DNA of 64,000 nt from a virus. The position numbers were made by a program, and so were the translations under genes. The notes beneath the pieces are model-generated. The model searched no databases. It was given only the letters and a program-made list of their open reading frames with translations, and was not told the DNA's origin. Positions 9,642 through 20,582 of this stretch are shown here, one piece after another (position 1 is the first letter of the stretch; the number at the start of each line of letters is the position of its first letter). Where the stretch lies: the IMG/VR virus record IMGVR_UViG_3300044624_001054, positions 1 to 64,000 of that record; one strand, given 5' to 3'.

Positions 9642-11186
9642 TTATCCTATCCCCATCCATTGTAGCACAAGAACATTGTCAAAATCTTGTTGAGTTGCAT
9701 ATGTTGCAGATGCATTTGCCTGTGTTAAGTATATAGAAGATGCTGTTCCTGCCGCCAAAAAGTAACTTGAATGATATCCATCTAACATGTCAGCATTGAA
9801 GTTAGTTACAGTAGCACTCGATGAAACTTCTAATGCTGCTATCTGTAAAACGCCAAACTCTACAGATGGATCTGTATAATCAATAACGTTATTGACCGCT
9901 AATGGTCCTTTTGAAAGAAGTTTCCATTTATTTTGTGAAGCATCTCTTGCAAAGGATGCGTGATAATGATTTGCAGAAGATGTTGTTTCGTCACCATAAG
10001 ATCCAACAAAACCAATATCTAATCCGTCTGAATTATACTGCTCATGCGCTAATTGAATTAATGAGTCTGTAACAGCAAGAATAGAAGATTCGATAGTTGT
10101 ATAACTTCCAGAAACAACTAATTGATTAACTGTAAGGATGCCATGGAAAGTAAAGTTTCCGTTCTTTTCTTGAACAGCAGAAGATGAGTTGAGGAAGAAA
10201 CTTGCATCATATCCATCTAATTTATCTGCATCGAATGTTCTATATGAAGCACTTATAGGAATATAAGATTGCTCTGCATTAGTAATGCTTAAGTATGTTG
10301 AAGATGCGGTATCTATTCTGAGGTATGTGGCACTTGCTCCAGCGGCATCTTGATAGTATGATCCATGTTGACCATCAAGTAAATCGGCATCTATTCCTGA
10401 TCCCGCTCCGTCAACCTCTGTAATGGCAGTTGCAAGATTTTGATTAAACCATAAACTAGCAGATTGATTGTATGAAATTATATCGTTGTCTGCAGCATTT
10501 ATTATTGAAACATTATGAAGTTCGTCTAACTCATAGCCATTCTGAATATTAACAAAAAGTTGACCGTTGCCAGCATTTGCTCTTTCTACAACACCAATAA
10601 AAACTGTATGATTTGGAGCAGAAGGTTTAACGCTAGTAAATTTACCAGCAGAAGCAGATAGCCATAAAGTATCTCCAGGTGAATATGCACTTAAGTTAAG
10701 TTTATCGACAACGCCAAATACAGTAACATAACCTTGGCCTCCTGTTGTTATTTCCTCTGCCACCACACCTAAAGTTTTAGCAGATGTGGGATCTGCTGTG
10801 TTAATTGCTTTTTTAACAGATGCTCTATCTCCTGACGCTCCAAATAAATAAACAACATCACCTTTAACAAGAGGGGAACCTTGAGCGTTTGTTACATAGG
10901 CATGAACATGCTGACCAATATGAGCGGTAACGTTGCCGCCAGTTAAACCAACTTCTGGAGTTCCAAAAGAAGAATTCCATTGGAATCTACCTACAGCAAG
11001 AGGTACTGTTCCAGAAAGATCAAGATCTACGCCCCCTACTGCAAATGTTCCAGAGGAACTTCTAGAGACTAAGGTATCAGGAATATTTAGAGGAGTTCCA
11101 GATGCTGAACCTCCTCCGCCATTAGATGCAATTCCTGTTATATCTTCCCAGGCAGATCCTGTCCATATTCTGGCTATTTTAGACAT
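9642..11186 (-). CDS. Tail fibre-like protein
   Basis: Repeated DADLLDG/DADKLDG/NADMLDG fibre motifs, NGYELDELHNV, Ser/Gly-rich. Confidence 0.65.
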   Translation of the reverse strand: MSKIARIWTGSAWEDITGIASNGGGGSASGTPLNIPDTLVSRSSSGTFAVGGVDLDLSGTVPLAVGRFQWNSSFGTPEVGLTGGNVTAHIGQHVHAYVTNAQGSPLVKGDVVYLFGASGDRASVKKAINTADPTSAKTLGVVAEEITTGGQGYVTVFGVVDKLNLSAYSPGDTLWLSASAGKFTSVKPSAPNHTVFIGVVERANAGNGQLFVNIQNGYELDELHNVSIINAADNDIISYNQSASLWFNQNLATAITEVDGAGSGIDADLLDGQHGSYYQDAAGASATYLRIDTASSTYLSITNAEQSYIPISASYRTFDADKLDGYDASFFLNSSSAVQEKNGNFTFHGILTVNQLVVSGSYTTIESSILAVTDSLIQLAHEQYNSDGLDIGFVGSYGDETTSSANHYHASFARDASQNKWKLLSKGPLAVNNVIDYTDPSVEFGVLQIAALEVSSSATVTNFNADMLDGYHSSYFLAAGTASSIYLTQANASATYATQQDFDNVLVLQWMGIG

Positions 11187-11815
11187 TATGCGGCCTCATA
11201 ACTTCCTGAAATAGTTATATTATCTGCTGTACCCCAAATAAATGGTCCACCATTACCAACACTTGCCCAAGTAGTTACTGAAGGATTTGTTCCAGGAATA
11301 ATAACAGCAAATGATGTTGTAGAACCAGTATAATTTCCATTTCCAATTCCACCATACCAGGCAATTCCATCATCTAAAATGGTTGCTGAAAATGTAAAAT
11401 TTGAATCATAGGCAGTTACTGGTAGACTGAAGTTCCAATGCCCAGTTCCTGCACTAGTCGTTGATCCAAAGACAAACTTCAGTCTAAAAAATACTGTTTC
11501 TCCTAATTGCTTATATCTACCAGTAAGAGTTCCATTTCCTAAAGAAAAACCTCCTCCATCGGCAGTTATAGTTGGTGTATAACTTGCCCAAGCAGTACTA
11601 GAAAAATCTGTCTTGGTTGCATATGTTGATGATGCAGAACTTATAGTTAAATAACTATTTAAATCTACAGGAGAAACTGCAGAAGCGCTAGGGTCAACCC
11701 ATATCTGACCAATAAAGGGATTCGATGGGGATGAGGAGGCATAATTGACAAGGTTAGTAGAGTCGCCAACAATAAGGCCGTTCTTTACCTTAAAATCTTT
11801 ATCAATACTGGCCAA
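11186..11815 (-). CDS. Tail fibre-associated protein
   Basis: N-terminal KDFKVKNGL; C-terminal W.SYTPT...GRY...G..V...FSLP...ISGSYE domain. Confidence 0.6.
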   Translation of the reverse strand: MASIDKDFKVKNGLIVGDSTNLVNYASSSPSNPFIGQIWVDPSASAVSPVDLNSYLTISSASSTYATKTDFSSTAWASYTPTITADGGGFSLGNGTLTGRYKQLGETVFFRLKFVFGSTTSAGTGHWNFSLPVTAYDSNFTFSATILDDGIAWYGGIGNGNYTGSTTSFAVIIPGTNPSVTTWASVGNGGPFIWGTADNITISGSYEAA

Positions 11816-11842
11816 GGTTCCCTGTCCCCCTAGTCTTTAAAT

Positions 11843-13537
11843 TTATGCTTCTAGGCTTGTTCTGATTGCCTTAATTATTACGTTAGTAGATGCAGCATCT
11901 GGAGATGAAGCGGTAACTGAAAGTGTACCACCAGATTCTGTTGCAGTAAACTCAACGTTGGCTGCACCAGCAGAACTATCTACTACAGCATATTCAGACA
12001 CATAAGCATTGGTTCCGTCCCACATAACAAGAATCTTTGTGGAGGTCATCTTAGTGCTTTGCTTGGCCTGAATAACATATTCAGCAGTTGTAAATGTTGA
12101 TACTGCAAATGAGTCTATGGTAGTAGCAGTATTGTTCGCTGTGACCGTAACACTTGAACTTGTTAACGCTGCATTTGCTAGCGCTACGCCAGCAAATGTT
12201 GGTGTTGAGGTAGTTGCAATATCCTGTGGAAGGCTTAAGGTAACAGATGCTGATTGACCGCTACCAGAAACAACAACTTGATTTGCCGTTCCGTAAATTC
12301 CTGCAACATAATCACCAGTTGTGTCTGTTCCGAGAGCAACAGAATCTGCAGCGATAGTAAGCGAAATGCTTGCGCTGCCAAGATTATTAACAGTTCCAGA
12401 TCCAGTAACATCACCTGTGAATGTGAGGGAGAAGTCTTTTTCTACTGTGACAGAAATTGATGCGGAACCAAGATCTGTAAGTGTACCAGAGCCTGAAACA
12501 TCACCAATTAATGTAACTGTGGGATCTGGTTTGCTAAGAACATCTGCCCACTCAATGTTGGCATCGACGGTAGCCTTAGTCCCAGTAAAGACTTCTGAAG
12601 AGTTTGTAGCATCTGTTAAGAATGCAAATTTTCCTGTGCTATCATCGTAACCAAAGAAGCCAAGTTTAGCAGATGTTCCATTGTGGTATCTAAATTCAAT
12701 ACCGCGATCCTTATTGTCATCTACGCTGGGAGCGGTGTCTCCGCCTAATGTAAAGATTGGGTCATCAATGGTGACGACGGTGCTATTAATGGTAACTACT
12801 GAACCTGTTACAACAAGATTTTCTCCTACTGTAAGTGACCCGCCGACGTTAACATTATTTGGAAGACCAATTTGAATTGCACCTGTTGATGCAGAAACTT
12901 CAATTTCGTTTGCTGTACCAATAACTGACTGAACTCCGCCGCCAGATAGAACTTGCGCTAAGGTGTAGCCACCTAGGTATTCAACATTCAGGTTGTTTAC
13001 TTGAACAGATGAAGATACTGTAAATGGTGCGCTAGCAGTAGTGGTAGAAGTAATAGTATTAAAAGATACGTTTGATGAGGTGCTAACATCTTGACCAATA
13101 GAAATTGTTGGACTTGTTGATTCACCAGCAGATGCACTTACGGTAACACCAGTTCCTGCAACAAGGTTGGCAACATAATCACCAGTAGTTTCTACCCCAA
13201 GAGTCACGCTGTCTGCATTAACTATCGTGTTAAAAAGAGTAATTGACGCACTTGATAGATTAGTTAAAGTTGCTACCCCAGAACCAGAAACTGATCCGTC
13301 TAAATAAATACCAATCGTGGGATCTGGAATATTCGTCGCATTAGTAAAATCAAGGTAGTGCGATCCGTGTTGACCGTCAAGAAGGTCAGCATTCAGGTTA
13401 GATACGTTTACTGATGATGTAACAGTTAATGGGGGTAAAGAAGAAGTAGTTGATACTAATTGAACACCCTGAACGTTATCGCCAGCAATAACGCCGTTCC
13501 TTACAACAAAGTCTTTATTTACAGTAGCCATGGGCAC
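11843..13537 (-). CDS. Long tail fibre-like protein
   Basis: KDFVVRNG start, LNADLLDGQHGS, repeated LTGDVSGSGT..LGSASI and TTGDYVA. Confidence 0.65.
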   Translation of the reverse strand: MPMATVNKDFVVRNGVIAGDNVQGVQLVSTTSSLPPLTVTSSVNVSNLNADLLDGQHGSHYLDFTNATNIPDPTIGIYLDGSVSGSGVATLTNLSSASITLFNTIVNADSVTLGVETTGDYVANLVAGTGVTVSASAGESTSPTISIGQDVSTSSNVSFNTITSTTTASAPFTVSSSVQVNNLNVEYLGGYTLAQVLSGGGVQSVIGTANEIEVSASTGAIQIGLPNNVNVGGSLTVGENLVVTGSVVTINSTVVTIDDPIFTLGGDTAPSVDDNKDRGIEFRYHNGTSAKLGFFGYDDSTGKFAFLTDATNSSEVFTGTKATVDANIEWADVLSKPDPTVTLIGDVSGSGTLTDLGSASISVTVEKDFSLTFTGDVTGSGTVNNLGSASISLTIAADSVALGTDTTGDYVAGIYGTANQVVVSGSGQSASVTLSLPQDIATTSTPTFAGVALANAALTSSSVTVTANNTATTIDSFAVSTFTTAEYVIQAKQSTKMTSTKILVMWDGTNAYVSEYAVVDSSAGAANVEFTATESGGTLSVTASSPDAASTNVIIKAIRTSLEA

Positions 13538-13574
13538 CTCACGAAAAAATTTATATTTCTATTAGATTATATCA

Positions 13575-14051
13575 CTATATGTTTATCATAATTTTGTAAA
13601 TCTTGACGGTGAGAGGGCTAACATCTCCGTTTGGCACCACTATTCTAAGGACAGCATTTGAGTCAATAATATCGGCGGATAGGGTGTAATTTATACCTCC
13701 GCCTAAATCTATTTTTCCATACTCACATATACCTGCATCTGTACCATTATGTACGACTACAGCCTTTACAGTAGTATATTTTGTACCCTGCACAAGTTGT
13801 ACATTATATTCCGCGCTTCTATAAGAAGATACTGGGAATGAATCGATGGTGGTGATGAGGTTAGTGGTTATATTAATAGTGGATGATTTACTTTGGGCGT
13901 GAGCATAAAGGAGCGCCTGAAATGTGGGGGAACTGCTGGTAGTGACTGATTGATCCAAATAGCCATCGTGGGTATTTAAAGTATTTCTTAAATTATTATG
14001 ATCTTGTAAGTGACCGGAATCACCATGGGATCTAATTGGAGGGATAGTCAT
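13575..14051 (-). CDS. Putative virion protein
   Basis: IDSF..SSYRSAEY.VQ..QG domain similar to the C-terminus of 11843-13537; GDSGH..DHN N-terminus shared with 14567-15151. Confidence 0.55.
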   Translation of the reverse strand: MTIPPIRSHGDSGHLQDHNNLRNTLNTHDGYLDQSVTTSSSPTFQALLYAHAQSKSSTINITTNLITTIDSFPVSSYRSAEYNVQLVQGTKYTTVKAVVVHNGTDAGICEYGKIDLGGGINYTLSADIIDSNAVLRIVVPNGDVSPLTVKIYKIMINI

Positions 14052-14087
14052 ATATTAATTATACCTAAGATTTAAGATAATTAAATG

Positions 14088-14597
14088 CTATCGGCCACCC
14101 CCTATCATAGCATTAACGTCTATGATAAAGGTATCTATAAAAATTGTATTAAGAGTGCTTCCATCTGCAGGAGATTCTATGGAAAATGTATAGTCTCCGT
14201 CTATGGTGGCACTAAAAGTTGGAGTACTTGTAGACCAACTTGTATTTGCTGAATATGAAGAAATGGTAGAATTATTAACCTTTAATGTCCAGGTTTGAGA
14301 GTTATTGTTAGCAGTTTTAAATTTTATAAGCACCAGATAATTAGAGGCAAATAAAGGTATTGTAACAAATGCTTTCTTAGGGTCTCCACCAGAAGATTGT
14401 CCATTATTATTTATGACAAGCGCGTTACTATCTGAAAATTCTCCTGGGCTTAAAGATAGATATGTATTTGTCCCAGATGCTGTCCATGCACCGATTGAAT
14501 TATAAAAATATTCTGCATATGATCTGTAATATTTAATTTGACTGCTTGAAGTACCCACCCATAAACTCATAGTTTTAATCCGCCGATTAATAACCAT
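14088..14597 (-). CDS. Putative virion/carbohydrate-binding-like protein
   Basis: Ser/Thr-rich beta-type ORF in the tail cluster. Confidence 0.45.
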   Translation of the reverse strand: MVINRRIKTMSLWVGTSSSQIKYYRSYAEYFYNSIGAWTASGTNTYLSLSPGEFSDSNALVINNNGQSSGGDPKKAFVTIPLFASNYLVLIKFKTANNNSQTWTLKVNNSTISSYSANTSWSTSTPTFSATIDGDYTFSIESPADGSTLNTIFIDTFIIDVNAMIGGGR

Positions 14598-15151
14598 GTG
14601 TTAGTATCTCTTTTTATTAAAGATGCTGCCGCCCATTGTGCATTTATTTTACGTTTGTTAGTATCTGAATTAAGAGTAACTCCAGATACTGGAGCAATAC
14701 TTGTTTCACCAGCCCCAGTTTGTATGATATCAATTTTAGTTCCTATTGGAAATGCTACGGAGGCATTTACTGGAACCGATACTGTATTAGCAGAAGAATT
14801 ATTCATTTCAATTAATTTATTAGAGTCTGATAACACTAAGGTATATGAACTTGCTGTTTGAGCATTAGTTGATATTAATTTTGTCAAATAAGTTGCAGAA
14901 GCAGTATCAGTTCTTAGATAGTTAATAGATGCAGATACTGGAAGAAAATTAGATGATGCAGAGGTAGGGAGAAACTCAGAGGATGCACTTACTGGTAGAA
15001 AATTGCTACTTGATGACATTGGAAGATAGTTCGATGAGGCTGATGCTGGCAGATATGTATTTTTAATAATATTTATTTCATCTACAATAGCATTATGGTC
15101 TTCTGTATGACCTGAGTCACCAACTGCTTTATTATTTGATGGTAATGCCAT
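14567..15151 (-). CDS. Putative virion protein with 9-aa tandem repeats
   Basis: [YF]LPxSASSN repeats; C-terminal YTLVLSD...FPIGTKI...WLLIGGL tail-fibre domain. Confidence 0.6.
   Translation of the reverse strand: MALPSNNKAVGDSGHTEDHNAIVDEINIIKNTYLPASASSNYLPMSSSSNFLPVSASSEFLPTSASSNFLPVSASINYLRTDTASATYLTKLISTNAQTASSYTLVLSDSNKLIEMNNSSANTVSVPVNASVAFPIGTKIDIIQTGAGETSIAPVSGVTLNSDTNKRKINAQWAAASLIKRDTNTWLLIGGLKL
14893..15055. repeat. 27-bp tandem coding repeat (about 6 copies)
   Basis: Encodes YLPASASSN YLPMSSSSN FLPVSASSE FLPTSASSN FLPVSASIN YLRTDTASA; boundaries approximate. Confidence 0.75.
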
Positions 15152-15207
15152 GATCCCCGTCCAAAGAATTTATTAAAATTATAGCATGATTAGGAGATAT
15201 TTTAGTC

Positions 15208-18200
15208 TTATGAATCATAATATTCACCATATTGTGATGTATATAAATCATCTAGGGGTGTTATAACTGAGATAGTGGGCAATAGGTTAAATGATTGGTC
15301 CAGCCAATTTTCTATAGTAGTCCTAGTCTGAGAGTCATGGTCATCTTCAAATAGGAGGATGGAGCATATGTCTCCCGATAAATATGATGCTACTTCTCCA
15401 GGAATAATACCTTTACCTATATTTAAATTAGTTAAATTATTAAATCCAACATACTGGCTATCTTCTGATTGTCCGTTCAGATAAAATCTTGCACTACCAG
15501 AATTAACAATTACGGAATAGATGTTAAATTCTTTATTTATTGCACTCATTTGAGCAGCGCTACCAGAGTTAAAGTAATAGGACCCATCCTTAGAATACAA
15601 TAATGCAGAAGAAGAATTTCCTAAAATTACTGATTTATTGAAAGTTCTTCCAACAACATATAATGTATAAGGTTGGCTTATAGAGGCAGATGACTGTAAA
15701 AATGTTTTATACCCGTCAAATTTTACAACTGGGTTATCTCTTAGGGTCAAAGGTTGGACCCATTGATACTGAGAACTTGATGCGGTTACTGGATATAAAC
15801 CTAAGTTATCCCAATAAACACTATCGCTTGCATCATAGGAGCCGTTATAAAACAATATTCTTGCAGATACTGTGGATGCGGTGGTAGTAAATACTGCTGA
15901 CAATGAATAAACGCTGGCAGAATTATTTGCAGCAATAGAAGATGCCGATAAAGTTTCAGTAACTCCGTCTGTTGTATATACGACTATTTTTCTTGCATTC
16001 TGATGTAGGGAAGATGCCGTTTGAGGCTTAAACATTTTTATGCTTCCGACCACAGAATATGATTGTGAGGGGAATACAGTAATAGAAGCAGTATTAAAAC
16101 TTACATCAATATACGAGTTTGTTGAACTGCCGTTTGGAATTACCTGCACTCCTCTAGTTCCAGAAATAGCACCCTCAATGTTTGTTGATATCGTTGAATT
16201 GGTTGGAATAATAAATGAGGTGTCATCGCCCTCCCCGCCATCCAACTGGTTCATTCTTAACAAATTCAATGATTGTGTTCTAAAAACTGGTGCTACTGAG
16301 GATGTTGTCTGAATAGCGTTATTATTGTTATTTGATAAATCTTTCCAAGAAGTTAATCTTGTGTCGTCATTAGGATTAATTTTATTCAATCCATTTACAA
16401 ATCTAGAGTCTAGCCATAATTTAAGGCCATTTATTGTCAAAGGGTTGAGTGGCTTTGGCAAAATATTTTCAGTAAAATCTGCGTAGGTTCTTGTTATTTT
16501 AATCCCAGAATCTTCTGTGATAAAAATGCTTGGGGTATATCTTATTTCTGGAAGATACACCGATGATGCTGAAGGATATAAAGTATAACTAGGCCCAGCG
16601 TCATCTTTTAAAACTACAGAGTTATTTGTAGTTTTAAATGTCTGCATCTTAAAGTATTTTACTCTTGGTGGGTAGTAAAGTGAATCGTCGGAATATATCT
16701 CAAAGTCTATCTTTAAATATTTGTCAGACAGGTCAACGTTATTAAGAAAGTTCAGGTAGTTGTTTTCAGACAACATAATTTGTGGATTAATGACGCTGCC
16801 GCTATATGATATTAGCGTAGCGTAAAAGTTTACGAATGATGAAGATTCTGTAAACGGATAACCTATTCCAATGTAGTTTGCACCAATTCTTTGATTGGTA
16901 TCACTTATGTATTCTGAAAAATTTATAGCATGTAAGTTAAAACTTCCATGACCATATGTTTTAACCTTAAATCTATTTAGACTGGAATCATAGTTAAACT
17001 CATACCTTGGTTTATCATAGTTTTCTATATAGGAGTAATTTGATGACGCTGAAAAGTCTGTTTGTGCAACTAAAAATCTTTGTACTGATCCTAAATACTG
17101 CTCTACCCCGTAAACATTGTTATTAAAACTAGTCTCATCATAATTTAAAGAACTACCAATTCTTAGTAATGTCTCATACGTCCAGGGTAGATATGGAAGA
17201 AGTGGGTCTAGGCCAGTTGAACTAGCAGAGGTATAGTTAAATGATGCTGTTTGTATAGCACTACCTGACTGAGCAAAGTATAAACTAGTGGCTCCGTCAA
17301 ACTTCATACCTACATAGAAACTCAAACTAGCGGATACGTTTGATATATTGAATGCTACAGATGATGAATTAATTGCCAATACTTTTACCTGATACGTTCC
17401 GTTATTATTGTATAGATCAAATTTTAGAACTTCTTCATTAGCAATGCGACCTATTGATATTAATCTTTGAGATAAATATTTTGCTGGAAGTTCTCCGTCT
17501 AATTTAAATTTAACAAAAAATGGATATTGCCCAGAATCTAATTTAGAAAATAGTTTATTGATTTCTATATAGGAAGCCTCAGTATTGGCAACACTTGAAC
17601 TAAACTTATATTTATTAGAAGATGTATCAATATTGTTATCAAATGAGTATGTATGCGGACCTGTAAATTTTACTGGACCTAATCCAAACTCATCATTATT
17701 TAAATCTACTAATTCTGTAATCTTCCACTCATCTGGGTAGTCCCAATTAATATCACTCAGTCTTTCTGTATATATTGTTGTAAAGTTGTAAAGACTGCCA
17801 CCGCGAGAATAAAAAGTTTTTTCTGGAACACTCTTTCCAAGGCCATAAACATAATGTCTCTTAGCAACATTAGTATTTAATATGTTTGGGTAGAATGTAG
17901 GAGCATCTATATTCCATGAACCATTTGGTGGTCCATAAAAATCTATATAGTTGTTGTTTGCATGAGATGCGTCCTTCTCTAGCCTTATACTTTCACCGTC
18001 TTTGCTAGAGTATGAAACTCCGTCTAGAACCATTACTAGCCCAGATCTATTTCTAGATAGTACTATGTGATGAGGTTCTTTAACATTTACAAAGTCTACG
18101 GACAATTCATTATAACTAGCACTTGTCCCGTATCTAAATATTAAATAATTATTTTTAATGAATAGACCAATATTTTCATACCCACGTTTTTTAAAAATAG

Positions 18201-18522
18201 TATATTCTTCTGTAGGTAATGAATTAGTTTGAAACCATAAAGATATAGTAGAGTCTCTGTTGTCATAATACTCAGAGAACCTATCCATGGCAGGAATAGA
18301 TAAGCCTACTGCGGAACTAGTAAACTCTAGTAAGGTCCCACCACCAAAAACCATAGGGTTCTTTACTAGATTAGTAGCGGCTATATTAATTGATGCGCTG
18401 TATGCATTCTCATCATTTGTGAAAAAATTGATTGGCTTTGATACAGAAGATGATTCGGTTATATCATCCAGGGGCCATACAATTTCGGCTGAGTCGCGCA
18501 AAATAAGTTGGCTATAGGACAC
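15208..18522 (-). CDS. Large minor tail protein with LamG/ConA-like domains
   Basis: N-terminal WPLDD...TISLWF...HHIV; LKLWLDS...SWKDLSNNNNNA; C-terminal FYLNG...LNIG...GDI. Confidence 0.65.
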   Translation of the reverse strand: MSYSQLILRDSAEIVWPLDDITESSSVSKPINFFTNDENAYSASINIAATNLVKNPMVFGGGTLLEFTSSAVGLSIPAMDRFSEYYDNRDSTISLWFQTNSLPTEEYTIFKKRGYENIGLFIKNNYLIFRYGTSASYNELSVDFVNVKEPHHIVLSRNRSGLVMVLDGVSYSSKDGESIRLEKDASHANNNYIDFYGPPNGSWNIDAPTFYPNILNTNVAKRHYVYGLGKSVPEKTFYSRGGSLYNFTTIYTERLSDINWDYPDEWKITELVDLNNDEFGLGPVKFTGPHTYSFDNNIDTSSNKYKFSSSVANTEASYIEINKLFSKLDSGQYPFFVKFKLDGELPAKYLSQRLISIGRIANEEVLKFDLYNNNGTYQVKVLAINSSSVAFNISNVSASLSFYVGMKFDGATSLYFAQSGSAIQTASFNYTSASSTGLDPLLPYLPWTYETLLRIGSSLNYDETSFNNNVYGVEQYLGSVQRFLVAQTDFSASSNYSYIENYDKPRYEFNYDSSLNRFKVKTYGHGSFNLHAINFSEYISDTNQRIGANYIGIGYPFTESSSFVNFYATLISYSGSVINPQIMLSENNYLNFLNNVDLSDKYLKIDFEIYSDDSLYYPPRVKYFKMQTFKTTNNSVVLKDDAGPSYTLYPSASSVYLPEIRYTPSIFITEDSGIKITRTYADFTENILPKPLNPLTINGLKLWLDSRFVNGLNKINPNDDTRLTSWKDLSNNNNNAIQTTSSVAPVFRTQSLNLLRMNQLDGGEGDDTSFIIPTNSTISTNIEGAISGTRGVQVIPNGSSTNSYIDVSFNTASITVFPSQSYSVVGSIKMFKPQTASSLHQNARKIVVYTTDGVTETLSASSIAANNSASVYSLSAVFTTTASTVSARILFYNGSYDASDSVYWDNLGLYPVTASSSQYQWVQPLTLRDNPVVKFDGYKTFLQSSASISQPYTLYVVGRTFNKSVILGNSSSALLYSKDGSYYFNSGSAAQMSAINKEFNIYSVIVNSGSARFYLNGQSEDSQYVGFNNLTNLNIGKGIIPGEVASYLSGDICSILLFEDDHDSQTRTTIENWLDQSFNLLPTISVITPLDDLYTSQYGEYYDS

Positions 18523-18532
18523 CTATCCTCCA

Positions 18533-20467
18533 TTATGCCGAAGTGATATCAACCGTTTCGCAGTAACCTGCTGCACATGCGAGATCCTGGCTGCCCGTTG
18601 TACCATCTGAAGATTCATAGTAGGTAAGCCAGGTCCAATCGATATCTTTCGGAGTTTTTTCTAATAATTCATTATACTCCGATTCGGTTATGTCCTGATA
18701 GGGGGCTTGTTGATATGTGTGGTCGGAATGAGGCAAGAATGACACTCCAGATAATTCATCCATATGATCATACACCCAAGCACCTACTGCCATCCATTCA
18801 TGTTCCTTTACAGAGACAGTAATAGAAGGCTTATGCTCAGACCAATGACGCTGATATATTAACCATAACTCAAGATGTTCAATTGCGGACAGATCTGTTC
18901 TAGTTAGGGCACCTTTAGGTGCTTTAATAGGAAATGTAAAAACAGTTGTATCTGATGGCTTCATTACGTCTGGTTCTGCTAATATTCCAAAGTCTTTAAG
19001 CATTGTAGTGATAGGATCTTTGTTATCACCACGAATGGTACGGGCATAGAATTCATTGTGCCAGGGATGCATTCCAGATGATACGCCGACTAACTGAGAT
19101 ACTGTTCCAGAAGGCTTTACACAGGTGATAGCAGCAGCAGGATTAATGCCAAGGTCGGCGGCATATACAGCATTTATTTCTACTGCCTTTTCCCTCATAG
19201 CGTCTAGCCACTCAATTAGTTTGTCGTGTCCTTTACTTCCACTAAGAACTTTATGGCCTAATTGTCCAGTTAGTGAAACTCCTAGAAGTCTTTCATCCTC
19301 ACAATTTTTTTGCCATTGCTTACGAAGATACTTGAATCTAGTAAATGTTGACTGGAATGTTCCAAGAATAGTGGCAACCTCAACCTTTTCTAAAAGATCT
19401 TCTAAGGTATCGCTTTCTCTAACAACAATTTCAGTAAGGTTGCAGAACTCAAACGGCTTCAGGATGATCTCTGAGCATGGATTAGTGCCAAACTCTGCTG
19501 TTGCATCTCTCCGCCCATTCTTTGATGCCACCTTGCGAGCGGCATCTCTAGAAAAGATACCTCTTTCACCACTCTTAGAATCATACAGAGACTTCCACTC
19601 AGCCATGAATACTTCCATGCTTGGCTTTGTCTCATAGACGGCTGAATTATTTGCAAGGGCTCTTTGTCCGTTATATTCCCACCAAGATCCTGATTTTGCT
19701 GCCGCCATATTTCTATCCTCAAGATCTGATAGAGAAATCATTGCAGATCTACGAACCCCTCCTACTACAACAACTTCAGCGATTTTGCACATAATGTCGT
19801 GGGCCTCTAATGGAGTAAGTTTTCTACCAGAGGCAGTTTTGATAGTTTCTACAGTAAATTTAAACAATCTATCTAATGGCTCTGGACCCGATGCCCTGCC
19901 ACCAAATGTTTTTAGTCTTGCTCCTGCAGGTCTAACATTTGACATATCCCATGAAGGAACTTGGCCCTGATATAAAAGAGCGATAAGTTCTCTTAGAGCC
20001 TTTGCCCAACCAGCCTTAGAATCATCTACAACAATAACAGTTGATGAATCTTCAAAATGCTCATTGACTACTGGAAGTTGATTTACATACTTTGACTCTA
20101 CTGAATATCCAACACCTGTGCCACACATAAGGATATACATGGCCTCATCAAATGACCTTAGGGAATCTACGGGAAGATAGGAGCAGTTATATAGACAGGT
20201 ATTGTCTCTTTCTAGCGCTGGGCCTGCAGTCATTAGGCCGCGCATAGATGGCATAACCTTAGTCTCTAGAATAAAGTTTTGTATTCTATCTTTAAGTTCT
20301 TTGCTAACCTTGTAGTTGTTGTGTTTATCTAGTGACTCGCATACATATTCTACAAATCTGCTAACAGTTTCGTGCCAATCCTCTCTACGGTTTTCTTCTT
20401 CTATCCATCTTGCATAACGTGTCTTATGGATAACTTGCTGGTAGGCGGTTGGTAGTGAAACTGTCAT
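18533..20467 (-). CDS. nrdJ: Class II (B12-dependent) ribonucleotide reductase
   Basis: YNCS, GTGVG, GGVRRSAMISL, TNPCSEI, TCVKPSGTVSQL, C-terminal CAAGYC. Confidence 0.93.
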   Translation of the reverse strand: MTVSLPTAYQQVIHKTRYARWIEEENRREDWHETVSRFVEYVCESLDKHNNYKVSKELKDRIQNFILETKVMPSMRGLMTAGPALERDNTCLYNCSYLPVDSLRSFDEAMYILMCGTGVGYSVESKYVNQLPVVNEHFEDSSTVIVVDDSKAGWAKALRELIALLYQGQVPSWDMSNVRPAGARLKTFGGRASGPEPLDRLFKFTVETIKTASGRKLTPLEAHDIMCKIAEVVVVGGVRRSAMISLSDLEDRNMAAAKSGSWWEYNGQRALANNSAVYETKPSMEVFMAEWKSLYDSKSGERGIFSRDAARKVASKNGRRDATAEFGTNPCSEIILKPFEFCNLTEIVVRESDTLEDLLEKVEVATILGTFQSTFTRFKYLRKQWQKNCEDERLLGVSLTGQLGHKVLSGSKGHDKLIEWLDAMREKAVEINAVYAADLGINPAAAITCVKPSGTVSQLVGVSSGMHPWHNEFYARTIRGDNKDPITTMLKDFGILAEPDVMKPSDTTVFTFPIKAPKGALTRTDLSAIEHLELWLIYQRHWSEHKPSITVSVKEHEWMAVGAWVYDHMDELSGVSFLPHSDHTYQQAPYQDITESEYNELLEKTPKDIDWTWLTYYESSDGTTGSQDLACAAGYCETVDITSA

Positions 20468-20496
20468 TTTTACTCCTATTAAAATATAAAATATAG

Positions 20497-20512
20497 CCAC
20501 CATACATAGTAT
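20497..20512. promoter_or_regulatory. Possible NrdR box upstream of nrdJ
   Basis: CCACCATACATAGTAT resembles the acaCwAtATaTwGtgt consensus; single copy only. Confidence 0.3.
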
Positions 20513-20582
20513 GGCGACCTTTACAATTCTACTACTTATGGAGTTTAAAGTATAAGATTTTTTGATGTGATATCATATCGGA

